The notes under the pieces were generated by a model. That model was given only the letters and a program-made list of their open reading frames with translations, made no database searches and was not told the DNA's origin. 64,000 nucleotides of DNA, taken from positions 44,233-108,232 of the forward strand of contig CALWDZ010000002.1 in assembly GCA_944376845.1 (NCBI GenBank), given 5' to 3'. Positions within the stretch are counted from its first letter, which is position 1. The number at the start of each line of letters is the position of its first letter. The stretch is from an uncultured Clostridia bacterium (GTDB lineage: Bacteria > Bacillota > Clostridia > Christensenellales > UBA1242). This document shows positions 29,144 to 40,293 of this stretch, piece by piece. The position numbers were made by a program, and so were the translations under genes.

Positions 29144-29803
29144 TCATCTAAGATTTGAAATCGCAACTAACCTATCATCGCTTTTATAAATATAACTACC
29201 ACTAACTAAAATATCTACACCATACTTCTTTAATTTGGCACTTATATTAGGATTTACTCCACCATCAACTTCAATTTTAAAATCAACATTATAATCTGTT
29301 TTTATTTTATTTAACTGTACAACTTTTTGATAGGTATCCTCAATAAATTGTTGACCACTTTTCCCCGGTTCTACACTCATAACCAAAACAACGTCAGTGT
29401 AACTAAGGTATGACAAAATTTCACTTACTGGCGTCTTCGGCTTGATACTAAGCCCAGATAATGTTCCCGACTCCCTAATATGTTCTAAATCTTTTATAAG
29501 TTTCTTTTTATTTTTGTATGCCTCATAGTGTACGGTTAAAATATTAGCACCCGCTTGTAAAAATTTATCGATATACTTTGACGGATTGCTTATCATCAAA
29601 TGAACATCTAAAGGAAGTAATGTCTTTTCGTTGATTAAACCTAATGTCGTATAAGAATAAGTTCTATTTTCAACGAAAGAACCATCCATTATATCGCAAT
29701 GCAAAAAATCAGCATTATGCTTAATGCTTTCAGCATAATCAATAATTTCATGAACTGTCTTAACTGGATCTGTAGATGGTGCAATTAAAATTTTTTTATC
29801 CAT
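29144..29803 (-). CDS. rpe: Ribulose-phosphate 3-epimerase
   Basis: HCDIMDG, DVHLM, MSVEPG, EVDGG. Confidence 0.95.
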   Translation of the reverse strand: MDKKILIAPSTDPVKTVHEIIDYAESIKHNADFLHCDIMDGSFVENRTYSYTTLGLINEKTLLPLDVHLMISNPSKYIDKFLQAGANILTVHYEAYKNKKKLIKDLEHIRESGTLSGLSIKPKTPVSEILSYLSYTDVVLVMSVEPGKSGQQFIEDTYQKVVQLNKIKTDYNVDFKIEVDGGVNPNISAKLKKYGVDILVSGSYIYKSDDRLVAISNLR

Positions 29804-30668
29804 GCGTTTTTACCCACTTTTGTTCTAAAGTTTTATAAATTTCAGTGTATCGTTTGTATCGCTCATTGTCAAGTGCTCCATTTTTAACCGCACTTTTGAC
29901 AGCACAATCGCAGACACTTTCACTTACATGCTTACAATCGGAATATTTGCATTTTGGCATATATGAAATATAATCTTTATAATATAACGGGAGTTCAAAA
30001 TATGGAATTGGAAGCAATGTCTCATCAAGTGCAGTAAATCCAGCAGTATCCGCAATTAAAATTTCGCCGTATGTAAAAATTTCACAATGTCTAGTAGTAT
30101 TTTTACCACGATTTATTTTTTTACTAAGATCTCCAACTTTTGCAACATCAAAGTTAAAAAGTTGGTTTATAATTGCACTTTTCCCAACCGCGGACTGTCC
30201 TGCCAAAGCATTGACTTTATTATTTAATATATTTTTTAATTGTTCAAAACCTTGTCCTGTTTTTGCTGATACATAGACTACTTTTATTATGGGTTCATAA
30301 ACTTTTTTTACATATTCATTTATATTAGTGCTTTGGTCCTGCTTATTCACAACTAGAAGTGGCTCTATTCCATATGAATAAGAAAATAGTATTAGTTTGT
30401 CTACAATATAAAAATCAGGTTTAGGTACTGTGGCAATAACAATAATAAGTTGGTCTAAATTGGCAAGCGGTGGCCTTATAAGTAAATTTTTCCGTGGAAG
30501 AATTTTTTCAATTACATACTCATTCGTTACCTTATTAACGCTAACTTTATCTCCAACAAAAATGCCACGCGTTTTATGAGTTCCGCGAGGTTTTGCCGAA
30601 ATTATTGTGCCATTTGATAACCTTATCCAAAAGTTATCTGCCATTTTCTTTATTACTATATTTTCCAT
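29796..30668 (-). CDS. rsgA: Ribosome small-subunit-dependent GTPase RsgA/CpgA
   Basis: NKQD, GQSAVGKS, RGKNTT, DTAGF, C-terminal Cys/His zinc site; ATG 30668 preferred to 30752. Confidence 0.93.
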   Translation of the reverse strand: MENIVIKKMADNFWIRLSNGTIISAKPRGTHKTRGIFVGDKVSVNKVTNEYVIEKILPRKNLLIRPPLANLDQLIIVIATVPKPDFYIVDKLILFSYSYGIEPLLVVNKQDQSTNINEYVKKVYEPIIKVVYVSAKTGQGFEQLKNILNNKVNALAGQSAVGKSAIINQLFNFDVAKVGDLSKKINRGKNTTRHCEIFTYGEILIADTAGFTALDETLLPIPYFELPLYYKDYISYMPKCKYSDCKHVSESVCDCAVKSAVKNGALDNERYKRYTEIYKTLEQKWVKTHG

Positions 30669-30711
30669 ATCTCTACTATATAATGTGTTATGCTTTAAAA
30701 CATAATACTTT

Positions 30712-31752
30712 TTATTGTGTATCAGACAAAACTTTTGCTCGCAATTGTCCACATGCGCCTTCTATATCTTCACCCATAGTTCTTCTAACTGTTGCGCTTA
30801 TGCCATTGTCTTGTAATTTTTTCATAAAGGCATATGCACGGTGTCTTGTTGTGCCTTTAAGTCCCCTTTCCTTTACTTCATTTAAAGGTATCAAGTTGAT
30901 ATGATTTGAAAAACCGTGCATTAAACCGCATAGCATTTCAGCACATTCAAAACTATCATTTTTCCCCTCAATAAGAGCGTATTCAAATACCACTCTTCTC
31001 TTGGTTTTATTAAAATATCTTTTTGCACTGTCAATTATTTCTTTAATCGAATATTTGTTTGCAATTGGCATTGTTTGTCTTCTAATTTCATCATTTGGTG
31101 CATGTAAAGATATTGTAAGTGTTATTTGTAAATTTTTATCTTTTAATTTGTCAATTTTATCAACCAGCCCACAAGTCGATAAAGATATATTTCGTTGGCT
31201 TATACCAATACCTCGAACATCTGAAACACATCGCAAAAATTTGACAACATTATCATAGTTATCAAGTGGCTCACCACTCCCCATAAGCACAACATTTGTA
31301 ATTTGTCTTTTAGCCTTTGTTCCACCAAGATAAGCATTAACACATAGCACTTGAGCCAATATCTCCCCACTTGTCAGATTTCTAACAAGCCCGCCAAGTG
31401 TGGAAGCACAGAATTTACATCCCATTCTACAACCAACCTGAGTTGACACACAAAGAGTGTTGCCATACTTATATTTCATAAGTACACCTTCAATCAAATT
31501 GCCATCTAGTAACTTATATAAAAATTTTATAGTACCATCTTTACTTTTTCTCTCTTGATATATAGAAAGTGGTTGAAAACTATATTTAGTCGAAAGGTCT
31601 GCAATAAGTGATTTTGGTATATTTGTTACTTCATCAGGTGATTTATATGAAACTAATGCATCATAAAGTTGAGTGACCCTATACTTTGGCTGATCTAAGT
31701 CACCAAGCAACTTTTCAAGTTCTTCATATGAAAAATCTAATAAACTAAGCAT
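30712..31752 (-). CDS. rlmN: 23S rRNA m2A2503 methyltransferase
   Basis: STQVGCRMGCKFC, MGSGEP, ACGQL. Confidence 0.96.
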   Translation of the reverse strand: MLSLLDFSYEELEKLLGDLDQPKYRVTQLYDALVSYKSPDEVTNIPKSLIADLSTKYSFQPLSIYQERKSKDGTIKFLYKLLDGNLIEGVLMKYKYGNTLCVSTQVGCRMGCKFCASTLGGLVRNLTSGEILAQVLCVNAYLGGTKAKRQITNVVLMGSGEPLDNYDNVVKFLRCVSDVRGIGISQRNISLSTCGLVDKIDKLKDKNLQITLTISLHAPNDEIRRQTMPIANKYSIKEIIDSAKRYFNKTKRRVVFEYALIEGKNDSFECAEMLCGLMHGFSNHINLIPLNEVKERGLKGTTRHRAYAFMKKLQDNGISATVRRTMGEDIEGACGQLRAKVLSDTQ

Positions 31753-32677
31753 TCACGATTATTCCTGTTTCAATTTTTTTGCCATTTAAGAAACTTTTTG
31801 CTGTCATTATTTTTCCGCCTGGTGCTTGTAGTTCTTCAACTTCAACCGCACCATTCTGGCACTTGATAACAAGACCTTTCTTTGGAGAGGATTCAATTAT
31901 TGTGCCATTTGGAACTTGTAATTGTGAAATGGTTTCACTAAGTTTAAAAACCTTGTATGTTATTTCTCCTATATTAAACTTTGCACCAAGGTTTGGAGAA
32001 AGTGCACGAGTTAGATTTACAAGTTGTTTTGCCGATTTGTTAAAATCTAAAATTGTATCTTCGATTTTAATCATCTTTGTAAATGTTGCTTCTTTCTCGT
32101 TTTGAGGTATCCAAACAACATTACCTTCTTGTATCATATCAAGTGCTTTAACTGCCAGTTGACCACCTTCATGTGCAAGTTTTTGCGTCAATGTTTCAAA
32201 GTTATCATCGTCATCAATTTGTACTTTACTAGAAATAAGCATATCTCCAGTATCAATTCCCGCCTCTGTACGCATTATCGTAACGCCAGTGACCTTATCT
32301 CCGTTCATAAGAGCATATTGAATTGGTGATGCTCCACGGTATTTAGGTAGTAATGATGCATGGACATTTATTATTTTATGTGGACATATGTCTATAATCT
32401 CTTGACTAAGTATTTGTCCATATGAAGCAGTTACCATAATATCAGCATCAATCTTTTTTAAGTCTTCCACTCCGTCACGCCTTATTTTTTCAAACTGGTA
32501 TACAGGAATATTGTTTTGCTTAGCAATTGCTTTTATCTTTGGTTCAACAAGTTTATGCCCTCTGCCTGATGGTTTATCAGGTTGAGTTACAACTGCTACA
32601 ACTTTGTGTTTTGATTTTAAAATATACTCAAGGCAAATACAAGAAAATTCTTGAGTTCCAAGAAATATTACTTTCAC
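31745..32677 (-). CDS. fmt: Methionyl-tRNA formyltransferase
   Basis: VTQPDKPSGRG, NVHASLLPKYRGASP; GTG 32677 with AAGGAG RBS preferred. Confidence 0.96.
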   Translation of the reverse strand: MKVIFLGTQEFSCICLEYILKSKHKVVAVVTQPDKPSGRGHKLVEPKIKAIAKQNNIPVYQFEKIRRDGVEDLKKIDADIMVTASYGQILSQEIIDICPHKIINVHASLLPKYRGASPIQYALMNGDKVTGVTIMRTEAGIDTGDMLISSKVQIDDDDNFETLTQKLAHEGGQLAVKALDMIQEGNVVWIPQNEKEATFTKMIKIEDTILDFNKSAKQLVNLTRALSPNLGAKFNIGEITYKVFKLSETISQLQVPNGTIIESSPKKGLVIKCQNGAVEVEELQAPGGKIMTAKSFLNGKKIETGIIVNA

Positions 32678-32681
32678 TTTT

Positions 32682-33125
32682 TTACTCCTTTTCCATCTTG
32701 TCAATGAAAAGTATGCCATTTAAATGATCAATTTCATGACAAAGACATCTTGCCAAATATTTCTCTCCAGTTATCTGGAAATGATAACCATATCTGTCTT
32801 GTGCTCTAACAGTTACTACCATTGGGCGTTTTACTTTACCTCGAATTTTACCACAACTTAGGCACCCTTCTTCTTCAATATCACAACCACTTTGGTTAAT
32901 AATTTCTGGATTGACAAGTTCAAGTTTCATATTATTAACATCCATAACTATAACACGCTTTAATATTCCAACCTGAACAGCCGCTAAACCCATACCATCA
33001 TTTGTGTACATGGTTTCCCACATATCGTCAATCAGTTCTTCCAATTTCTTATCAAAATTTTTAACCTCTTTACTAGTCTTTCTTAATAGATCATCTGACT
33101 TTTGAATAACTTCTCTTACTGCCAT
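32682..33125 (-). CDS. def: Peptide deformylase
   Basis: GMGLAAVQ, EGCLS, HEIDHLNG. Confidence 0.97.
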   Translation of the reverse strand: MAVREVIQKSDDLLRKTSKEVKNFDKKLEELIDDMWETMYTNDGMGLAAVQVGILKRVIVMDVNNMKLELVNPEIINQSGCDIEEEGCLSCGKIRGKVKRPMVVTVRAQDRYGYHFQITGEKYLARCLCHEIDHLNGILFIDKMEKE

Positions 33126-33135
33126 ATATACTCCT

Positions 33136-35340
33136 TTAACTTAAATTTTGTGGATTTATCTCTACAAACATACTAACTTTTGCATTAGTATGTTTATCAC
33201 ATATTTCGTATAGTTTTTGAATTATTTCATCTTCATGCTCGTGCTTGATACGCATAAGAATTTGATATCTTATCTTATTCTTAATTTTAGTAATTGGACT
33301 TTTCATTGCATCAAGATATACAAAGTCATCTAAATAAATATCACGAAGGTGTTTTATATTAGTATAACACAATTTTGTTATTTCGCGAACTATTTCTTCA
33401 CTTTGCGATGAAAATAAAAGTCTAAGTATTGTCGTAAATGGTGGAAACATTGTATTTTTACGAATACTAAGTTCTTTATCAAAAAAACTTTTATAATCAT
33501 AGTTTGCAATAAATCTATAAGCATAGTGTCTTGGTGCATATGTTTGTAAAATTACTTTACCTTCAGCCTTATCACGTCCAGCACGACCCGCCATTTGTGT
33601 TATAAGTTCAAATGTTTTTTCGGTGCTTTTATAATCACTATGATACAAACTTTGGTCAGCATCAATTATTCCAACGAGTGTGACATCTGAAAAATCATGA
33701 CCTTTTGCAATCATTTGAGTTCCCACCAAAATACCAGGCTTAGACTTACCAAACTGAGAAAGAATTTTTTGATATGCATTTTTTGTACGCGTGGTGTCAT
33801 TGTCCATTTGATATATTGGAACTTGTGGATACATTTCGTGAAGTTGTGCCACAACTTGTTCTGTGCCAATTGCCCCATTTCTTATTGCAGTGCTTTTACA
33901 CTGCGGACAAATAGTTAATGCTTTAAAGCGTTTGCCACAATAATGACATTTAAGTTTATTTTCCTTTTTGTGATAGACAAGCGTGACATCACAATCGGTA
34001 CATTTTGGTATGTATCCACAGTTTGTGCAACGCATAAATGAACTATATCCACGGCGGTTTATAAAAAACATTGCCTGATGTTTTTCTTTTATACACTTAT
34101 CAAGTTCATAAAGTAGTGCACTTGAAAACATTCCGGTATTGCCATTTCGAATTTCGCTAAGCATATCAACTATTTGAATTTTAGGCATAGGTTTATCATT
34201 TATTCTTGTTGGCAAGGTCAATAGTTTATATTCTCCATCTATTGCCTTTTGGTAACTATCAATATCAGGAGTTGCACTTGCAAGTACTAAAGAACATTTG
34301 TTATATTCACTTCTAAATTTTGCAATATCAAATGTATTATAGCGTGGATTTGATTCACTAATATAACTTGTTTCATGTTCTTCATCAATGATAATTATTC
34401 CCAAGTTCTGAATTGGTGCAAAAATCGCAGAACGTGCACCAACAACTATTCTTGCTTCACCTAAGAGTACTCTTCTCCATTCATCAAAACGCTCACCTAC
34501 ACTAAGTCCACTATGGAGTATGGCAACATTGTTACCAAATCTTGCACGAAAATGAGCAAGAACTTGCGGAGTAAGAGAAATTTCCGGTACAAGCATTATT
34601 GCATTTTTTCCTGAATTGACGATATTTTCAATAACTGACATATAAACTTCAGTTTTTCCACTGCCCGTTACGCCAAATAGTAAATAAGTATCATTTTTGT
34701 TTAAAATAGCATCTACAGCACGTTTTTGCATTGGTGTAAGTTTGTGCTTTTGCTCCGACATTTCATATGACTTTGGCGTACGATTTTGCTGTACTTGTTC
34801 AATTTGTAATATACCACTTTCAATCAATTTACTTACTGCACTTTGAGAATATTTTTTTGTTAATTCACTTTTAAGATATCTTTCACCTTTTACCAAAAAG
34901 TTACATAGTGCAATTATATTTTTAGCATTTTTTCTTACAGATTTAGCGTATTCTTGTGTATTACATTGCACATAGACGTACGTTTTTATAAGCGGTTTTA
35001 CATCATCGCTCCTAAGTTCAGAAGGAATAAATAGCCTTAAACAATCTACGAACCTTAAATGATATTTTTTTACCATAAAGTGCATTAGTTCTATGTGCTC
35101 AGGAAGTATCACAGGATAGTCATCTATGGCATATAAAATTGTTTTAAGTTTATCATCAGTCAAATCGGAAAATTGTTTTAAAGCAATAACAAAGCCCTGA
35201 ATATTTCGCCTACCAAAAGGGACCATAACCCTTTGACCAACAATTGTGTCATCTAAAGCCACATAGTCAAATACTTTGTCCACTGTACTATTTGTAATGT
35301 CAACAATTACTTCTGCAATCATATTTTTATGATAACACAA
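33136..35340 (-). CDS. priA: Primosomal protein N'
   Basis: GVTGSGKTE, DEEH, CxxC zinc region, QMAGRAGR. Confidence 0.97.
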   Translation of the reverse strand: MCYHKNMIAEVIVDITNSTVDKVFDYVALDDTIVGQRVMVPFGRRNIQGFVIALKQFSDLTDDKLKTILYAIDDYPVILPEHIELMHFMVKKYHLRFVDCLRLFIPSELRSDDVKPLIKTYVYVQCNTQEYAKSVRKNAKNIIALCNFLVKGERYLKSELTKKYSQSAVSKLIESGILQIEQVQQNRTPKSYEMSEQKHKLTPMQKRAVDAILNKNDTYLLFGVTGSGKTEVYMSVIENIVNSGKNAIMLVPEISLTPQVLAHFRARFGNNVAILHSGLSVGERFDEWRRVLLGEARIVVGARSAIFAPIQNLGIIIIDEEHETSYISESNPRYNTFDIAKFRSEYNKCSLVLASATPDIDSYQKAIDGEYKLLTLPTRINDKPMPKIQIVDMLSEIRNGNTGMFSSALLYELDKCIKEKHQAMFFINRRGYSSFMRCTNCGYIPKCTDCDVTLVYHKKENKLKCHYCGKRFKALTICPQCKSTAIRNGAIGTEQVVAQLHEMYPQVPIYQMDNDTTRTKNAYQKILSQFGKSKPGILVGTQMIAKGHDFSDVTLVGIIDADQSLYHSDYKSTEKTFELITQMAGRAGRDKAEGKVILQTYAPRHYAYRFIANYDYKSFFDKELSIRKNTMFPPFTTILRLLFSSQSEEIVREITKLCYTNIKHLRDIYLDDFVYLDAMKSPITKIKNKIRYQILMRIKHEHEDEIIQKLYEICDKHTNAKVSMFVEINPQNLS

Positions 35341-35430
35341 TTATAAATGAAAATAAAGTATTTTTAAGTTAAGTTTGTTCATAAAAAAAGACCACACAAC
35401 GTGTAGTCATAATTAAAATAGCAAAATTTA

Positions 35431-35634
35431 TTACTTTACATCATCGCTTGAGATTACTGAACCTTCATAAATTTCATCAGCAGCAAGACTAATTGCCTTT
35501 TTTTCACTTTTTTCAATTTCGGCTGGAATACGCTTTTCAAGCTCTTTAGCACGTTTTTCCATTATAATGCAAAGTTTATATTTATTGCCATCCATCTTTT
35601 TTACCAATTTATCGATTGGTGGTTCGTTCATCAT
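35431..35634 (-). CDS. rpoZ: RNA polymerase omega subunit
   Basis: PPIDKL...NKYKL...KRAKEL; upstream of priA. Confidence 0.85.
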   Translation of the reverse strand: MMNEPPIDKLVKKMDGNKYKLCIIMEKRAKELEKRIPAEIEKSEKKAISLAADEIYEGSVISSDDVK

Positions 35635-35703
35635 ATCAAAATACCTCGCTTTCTATAATCTTTTTGATTGTAACATAAAATAAATATTTTGTGAATACAT
35701 TTT

Positions 35704-37665
35704 TTATATTTTTAATAATTTTTTAAAAGTCTGTTCGTCAAGTATTTGTATACCCAAGTCTTTTGCCTTTATCAATTTACTTCCCGCTTCCTTACCTACT
35801 AATACATAATCTGTATTTTTACTTACCGATGATGATGTTTGCCCTCCGTTTTGTTCAATAAGAGCTGTTGCTTCTGCTCGAGTAAAACTTTCAAGAGTTC
35901 CAGTTAAAACAAATGTTTTCCCTTTAAAAATACCTTCGCTATTTCCAGTTTGGCTACTGTTTTTAATTTTTATGCCATAATCAAGAAGTTTATCAATCAA
36001 TGTTATATTTTTTGAATTATTAAAATAACTAGCAATGCTGTCTGCCACCACTTCGCCTATATCTCTGATTTTTGCAAGGTCATCTTTTTTTGCAACCTTT
36101 AATTCATCAAGTGTACGATAGTATTTTGATAAATCTTTGGCGGTCTTTGTTCCAACATTTTGAATGCTGAGAGCATATATAAAATTACTTAGTTCAACGT
36201 CTTTACTTTTTTCAATCGCATTTAGAAGATTTCTTGCTTTTTTTTCTTTAAACAATGGCAATTTTAATAAGTCTTCCTCTTTTAAAACATACAAGTCCGC
36301 AACATCTTTAACTATACCGCTCTCGTATAATAATTTAGATGTACTATCTCTAAACCCTTCTATATCCATAGCATTTCGACTAGCAAAATGAGTTATTTTG
36401 TCAATTATTTGTTCTGGACAAGACTCGGAATTTGGACAAAAATCAAGTGCACCTATTTGAACAAGGCGTGTTCCACAACTTGGACAAAATTGTGGTTTCT
36501 CTATTGGTTTTGCGCCTTCTAGTTCTTCCGCTAGTCCCATTATTTCTGGTATAACTTCATTACTTCTTCTAACAAAGACACGTGAGCCAATAGAAATATG
36601 TTTGCGCAATATATCCATATAGTTATTGAGCGTAGCACGATATATAGTAGCGCCACTTAGATTAACTGGTTCTATTATCGCAATAGGAGTAACTTTCCCA
36701 GTGCGCCCCACTTGCCAAATTACGTCTTTGAGTATTGTAGAAAGTTCTTGTGCCTCAAACTTATAAGCCATTGCCCATTTAGGAAATTTTGATGTATAGC
36801 CAAACTCATCACGAAGGTTAAGTTGATTGATTTTTACCACCATTCCATCTATTAAAATGTCTAGTGTGGTTTTCTGCTTGTCTACACTTTCAATCTCTAA
36901 TAATATATCATCAGGAGATTTAAAATGTTTGTATGGAGAGATTAAAAAGCCATTCTGTTTCAGAAACTCAAACATCTCCACTTGCGTTGCAAACGTCTTC
37001 CCTTCTGCATATAAAACATTATAGCAAAACCAATCTAGATTACGCTTTGCGGTTTGCTTTGGATCAAGGTTACGAATAGCACCACTTACAGCATTTCGAG
37101 CATTTTTTAATGCTTCATCGGGATATTTTTGATTAAATTTTTTTAAGTTTGAAAGTGTTATCATGCCCTCGCCTTGTACTATGAGTTCACCTTTAAACGG
37201 AATAGAAAGTGGAACACTTTTTATAGTTTTTACTTGAGGCGTCACATCTTCACCAACCACACCATTGCCTCTTGTGGCACAAGACTTTAAAAATCCTTTA
37301 TCGTATGTACATACAATTGTTAAGCCATCAAATTTATATTCAAGAGTAAAGTCAACATTTTCTTCTTTTTCACGAACATCTTGCATCCATGAAAAAAGCG
37401 CTTCCTTTGATTGACATTTATCAAGGCTATATAAACGCATTTTATGAGTGACTTTTTTAAAGTTGGATAAAACAGTATCTCCAACCCTTTGTGTTGGAGA
37501 ATTTGGGAGTACTATTCCCGTTGCTTTTTCTAATTCAAGCAATTTATCATACAACCTATCGTATTCTGCATCAGAAACAATTGGTGCATCAAGCACATAA
37601 TAATGGTAGGCATAATCATTTAATTTTTCTACCAATTTTTTCATTTCATCCATAACAAACCTCAT
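35704..37665 (-). CDS. ligA: NAD-dependent DNA ligase
   Basis: EYKFDG, TRGNG, zinc finger, C-terminal BRCT. Confidence 0.97.
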   Translation of the reverse strand: MRFVMDEMKKLVEKLNDYAYHYYVLDAPIVSDAEYDRLYDKLLELEKATGIVLPNSPTQRVGDTVLSNFKKVTHKMRLYSLDKCQSKEALFSWMQDVREKEENVDFTLEYKFDGLTIVCTYDKGFLKSCATRGNGVVGEDVTPQVKTIKSVPLSIPFKGELIVQGEGMITLSNLKKFNQKYPDEALKNARNAVSGAIRNLDPKQTAKRNLDWFCYNVLYAEGKTFATQVEMFEFLKQNGFLISPYKHFKSPDDILLEIESVDKQKTTLDILIDGMVVKINQLNLRDEFGYTSKFPKWAMAYKFEAQELSTILKDVIWQVGRTGKVTPIAIIEPVNLSGATIYRATLNNYMDILRKHISIGSRVFVRRSNEVIPEIMGLAEELEGAKPIEKPQFCPSCGTRLVQIGALDFCPNSESCPEQIIDKITHFASRNAMDIEGFRDSTSKLLYESGIVKDVADLYVLKEEDLLKLPLFKEKKARNLLNAIEKSKDVELSNFIYALSIQNVGTKTAKDLSKYYRTLDELKVAKKDDLAKIRDIGEVVADSIASYFNNSKNITLIDKLLDYGIKIKNSSQTGNSEGIFKGKTFVLTGTLESFTRAEATALIEQNGGQTSSSVSKNTDYVLVGKEAGSKLIKAKDLGIQILDEQTFKKLLKI

Positions 37666-39878
37666 GATAAAATTTCAAGTGGGGCGATTTCCAGTATAAG
37701 TGTCTTTTTACCAACATTTTCAAAAACTATATCTGCGCACACTCCATTGTCAATTATATCAACTATTTCTCCTTTTCCAAACTTTGGATGGTTGACTTTT
37801 TGCCCTACTTTATAAATAGAAATATCTTTTTTCTCTTTCTCGTTTTTATCTGCAACTGTATAAGAATCCATTGAAGAATGAGTTGTAACCGCTTGTTTTA
37901 TAAAAATATTATTCTCCAAATTTCTATGGATAAAACTAGTATAATCAAACTTTCTTTGTTTTTGACTAGCATCTAAGCCCATTTCATCCAAAAATTTACT
38001 TGGAGTAGTGTAAGACCTTTTACCATGCAAATATCTACTTTGAGCATATGATAAAAATAAACGTTCTTTTGCGCGTGTTACAGCCACATACATAAGTCTG
38101 CGTTCTTCTTCAGTTTCTTTTTGACTGTATGAACTACGTGATAATGGAAATATGCCCTCTTCAACCCCAACAACAAATACAACTTTAAATTCTAGACCTT
38201 TTACTGAATGAACTGTTGAAAGCGTCAATGTTTCATCACCAATGTAATCTATATCTGCTTCTAGAGTGATGCTTTCAAGATAATCAGAAAGAGTAGCATT
38301 TCCGTTTGCCTTTTCAAATTCATCTACTGAGTTTACAAATACATCAATATTCATAAGTTTTTCCATATTTTCATCAGTAGAATCAAGATAAGCACTTCTA
38401 ATAGCATATTCATCTATTACTGCCGTAACAAATTCATGAAGTGACATATTAGGTCTTTGTTCTTCAAGTTTTATGTACGATGAAATAAATGGTTTCACTT
38501 TTTGAGTAAGTTGTGAGTATCCATCCACGCCATTTGCTAAATTTTTCATTGCGTTTAATAGAGATAAATTGTTGTCTAAAGCATATTGCCTTAATCTAAG
38601 TATTGCACCATCACCTATACCGCGTTTTGGAAAATTGATAATTCTTAAAAGTGCAGTTTCATCACTTGGATTAGTAAAAATTCTAAGATAGCTTATCAAG
38701 TTTTTTATTTCTTGTCTTTCATAAAATTTAAATCCACCATAAATCCTATAAGGTATATTATAATTGAGCAATTTTTGTTCAAAAGGAAGTGAAAGTGCAT
38801 TTATTCTCATAAGTATTGCTATGTCGCTAAGTTTATACTCACCTTTATTTGTCATAGCCCATATTTTTGCAACAATTGACTCTGCCTCATTTTGTTCATC
38901 ATAATATTTATTGCACTCTATATCTTTGCCTTGTTCATTTTCTGTCCACAATACCTTATCAAACCTTTCAAAGTTGTTTGAAATCAATTTATTTGCAGTA
39001 TCTATTATTGTTTTTGTACTACGATAATTTTGCTCAAGTTTATAAACTTTTACTGGTGCAAAATCAGTTTTAAAATTAAATATGTTTTGAAAGTTTGCTC
39101 CACGCCACGTATAAATACACTGGTCTTCATCACCTACCACAAAGATATTTTTATGAACTTGTGATAAAAGCCTTACAATATCATACTGAATGGTATTAGT
39201 ATCTTGAAATTCGTCTACAAAAATATATTCAAAGCGTTCTTGATATTTTCGCAAAACCTCTGGATAACTACCTAGTAATTTATAAGCATTAGATAAAAGA
39301 TGATCAAAATCCATTGCATTATTTTTTATAAGTGCTTCTTCATAAGACTCATAAACTTTTATAGAATCATCTTCATCTCTTCTTGAATTTTTAGCGTAGG
39401 TATAAACATCGATATTATGGTTCTGACAAAAACTTATTACTGTAGCATAATGTTTTACATTATCTAATGGTAGTGACAAATCTTTAACTACTTGTTTCAA
39501 TAATTTTTCACTATCACTTTCACTGTAAACGGAAAACTCTGATGTATAATCAGCAAGTTTTCCAATATTTTGCCTAAGCATTCTAAGGCACATGGAATGA
39601 AATGTAGAAATCCAAATATCACTAATCGACCCGACCAGTTGGAATATTCTGTTTTTCATCTCGTTTGCTGCCTTATTTGTAAACGTTATTGCAAGTATGT
39701 TTTCTGGCAAAATGCCTTGCTCTTTAATTAAATATGCAATGGTATGAGTTAAAAGTTTTGTTTTTCCGCTACCTGCTCCTGCTGTTACCAAAACAGCACC
39801 CTTAGCGTTTAAGAGTGCTTGTTTTTGTGATTCATTTAATTGATTTAAAATGTCCATATGTTTAGTATAACATATCAA
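37662..39878 (-). CDS. pcrA: UvrD/PcrA DNA helicase
   Basis: AGAGSGKT, VDEFQDTN, NYRST, EERRLMYVAVTRA. Confidence 0.95.
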   Translation of the reverse strand: MICYTKHMDILNQLNESQKQALLNAKGAVLVTAGAGSGKTKLLTHTIAYLIKEQGILPENILAITFTNKAANEMKNRIFQLVGSISDIWISTFHSMCLRMLRQNIGKLADYTSEFSVYSESDSEKLLKQVVKDLSLPLDNVKHYATVISFCQNHNIDVYTYAKNSRRDEDDSIKVYESYEEALIKNNAMDFDHLLSNAYKLLGSYPEVLRKYQERFEYIFVDEFQDTNTIQYDIVRLLSQVHKNIFVVGDEDQCIYTWRGANFQNIFNFKTDFAPVKVYKLEQNYRSTKTIIDTANKLISNNFERFDKVLWTENEQGKDIECNKYYDEQNEAESIVAKIWAMTNKGEYKLSDIAILMRINALSLPFEQKLLNYNIPYRIYGGFKFYERQEIKNLISYLRIFTNPSDETALLRIINFPKRGIGDGAILRLRQYALDNNLSLLNAMKNLANGVDGYSQLTQKVKPFISSYIKLEEQRPNMSLHEFVTAVIDEYAIRSAYLDSTDENMEKLMNIDVFVNSVDEFEKANGNATLSDYLESITLEADIDYIGDETLTLSTVHSVKGLEFKVVFVVGVEEGIFPLSRSSYSQKETEEERRLMYVAVTRAKERLFLSYAQSRYLHGKRSYTTPSKFLDEMGLDASQKQRKFDYTSFIHRNLENNIFIKQAVTTHSSMDSYTVADKNEKEKKDISIYKVGQKVNHPKFGKGEIVDIIDNGVCADIVFENVGKKTLILEIAPLEILS

Positions 39879-39897
39879 AAATAATATGCAAAGTTTT

Positions 39898-40200
39898 TCA
39901 ATTAACTTGCTTTAATTTTTCATGTTCATACCTTTGTTTTAATTCTCTATATTTGTCTGCGAGATTAAAGAAATATCTTTCCTTTTGATCACTAGAAAGA
40001 GTTTTATAATATTTTATATCTATAAGTTCAGCAAGCGGGTTTATACAATTGTCATCCACAGTTTTTTTAACAATACAATATAACTTTTCATCGTCTTTTA
40101 CATCAATAGTTTTTACATTTGGTCTAAGATTTTTATCTTTACCCCTAAGCCTGTTTTTTGCTTGTTGAGCCATAAATTTTAAAATATCGCGTCCTTCCAT
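39898..40200 (-). CDS. Hypothetical protein
   Basis: 100-aa ORF with AAGGAG RBS; no family recognised. Confidence 0.7.
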   Translation of the reverse strand: MEGRDILKFMAQQAKNRLRGKDKNLRPNVKTIDVKDDEKLYCIVKKTVDDNCINPLAELIDIKYYKTLSSDQKERYFFNLADKYRELKQRYEHEKLKQVN

Positions 40201-40253
40201 AATATCTCCTTAAACAAAGATATTATAACAAATTTTTATGACCAATTCCTATT

Positions 40254-40287
40254 AAAAAAATTGACCAAAAAACACTTTTTTGGTCGA
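40254..40287 (-). terminator. Terminator after the 710-aa gene
   Basis: GACCAAAAAA-CAC-TTTTTTGGTC plus U-tract on the minus strand. Confidence 0.6.
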
Positions 40288-40293
40288 AAAACA

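Noticed and set aside
29004-29189. 61-aa plus-strand ORF
   Set aside because: Antisense to spoVM and the rpe 3' end; begins after the rpmB terminator
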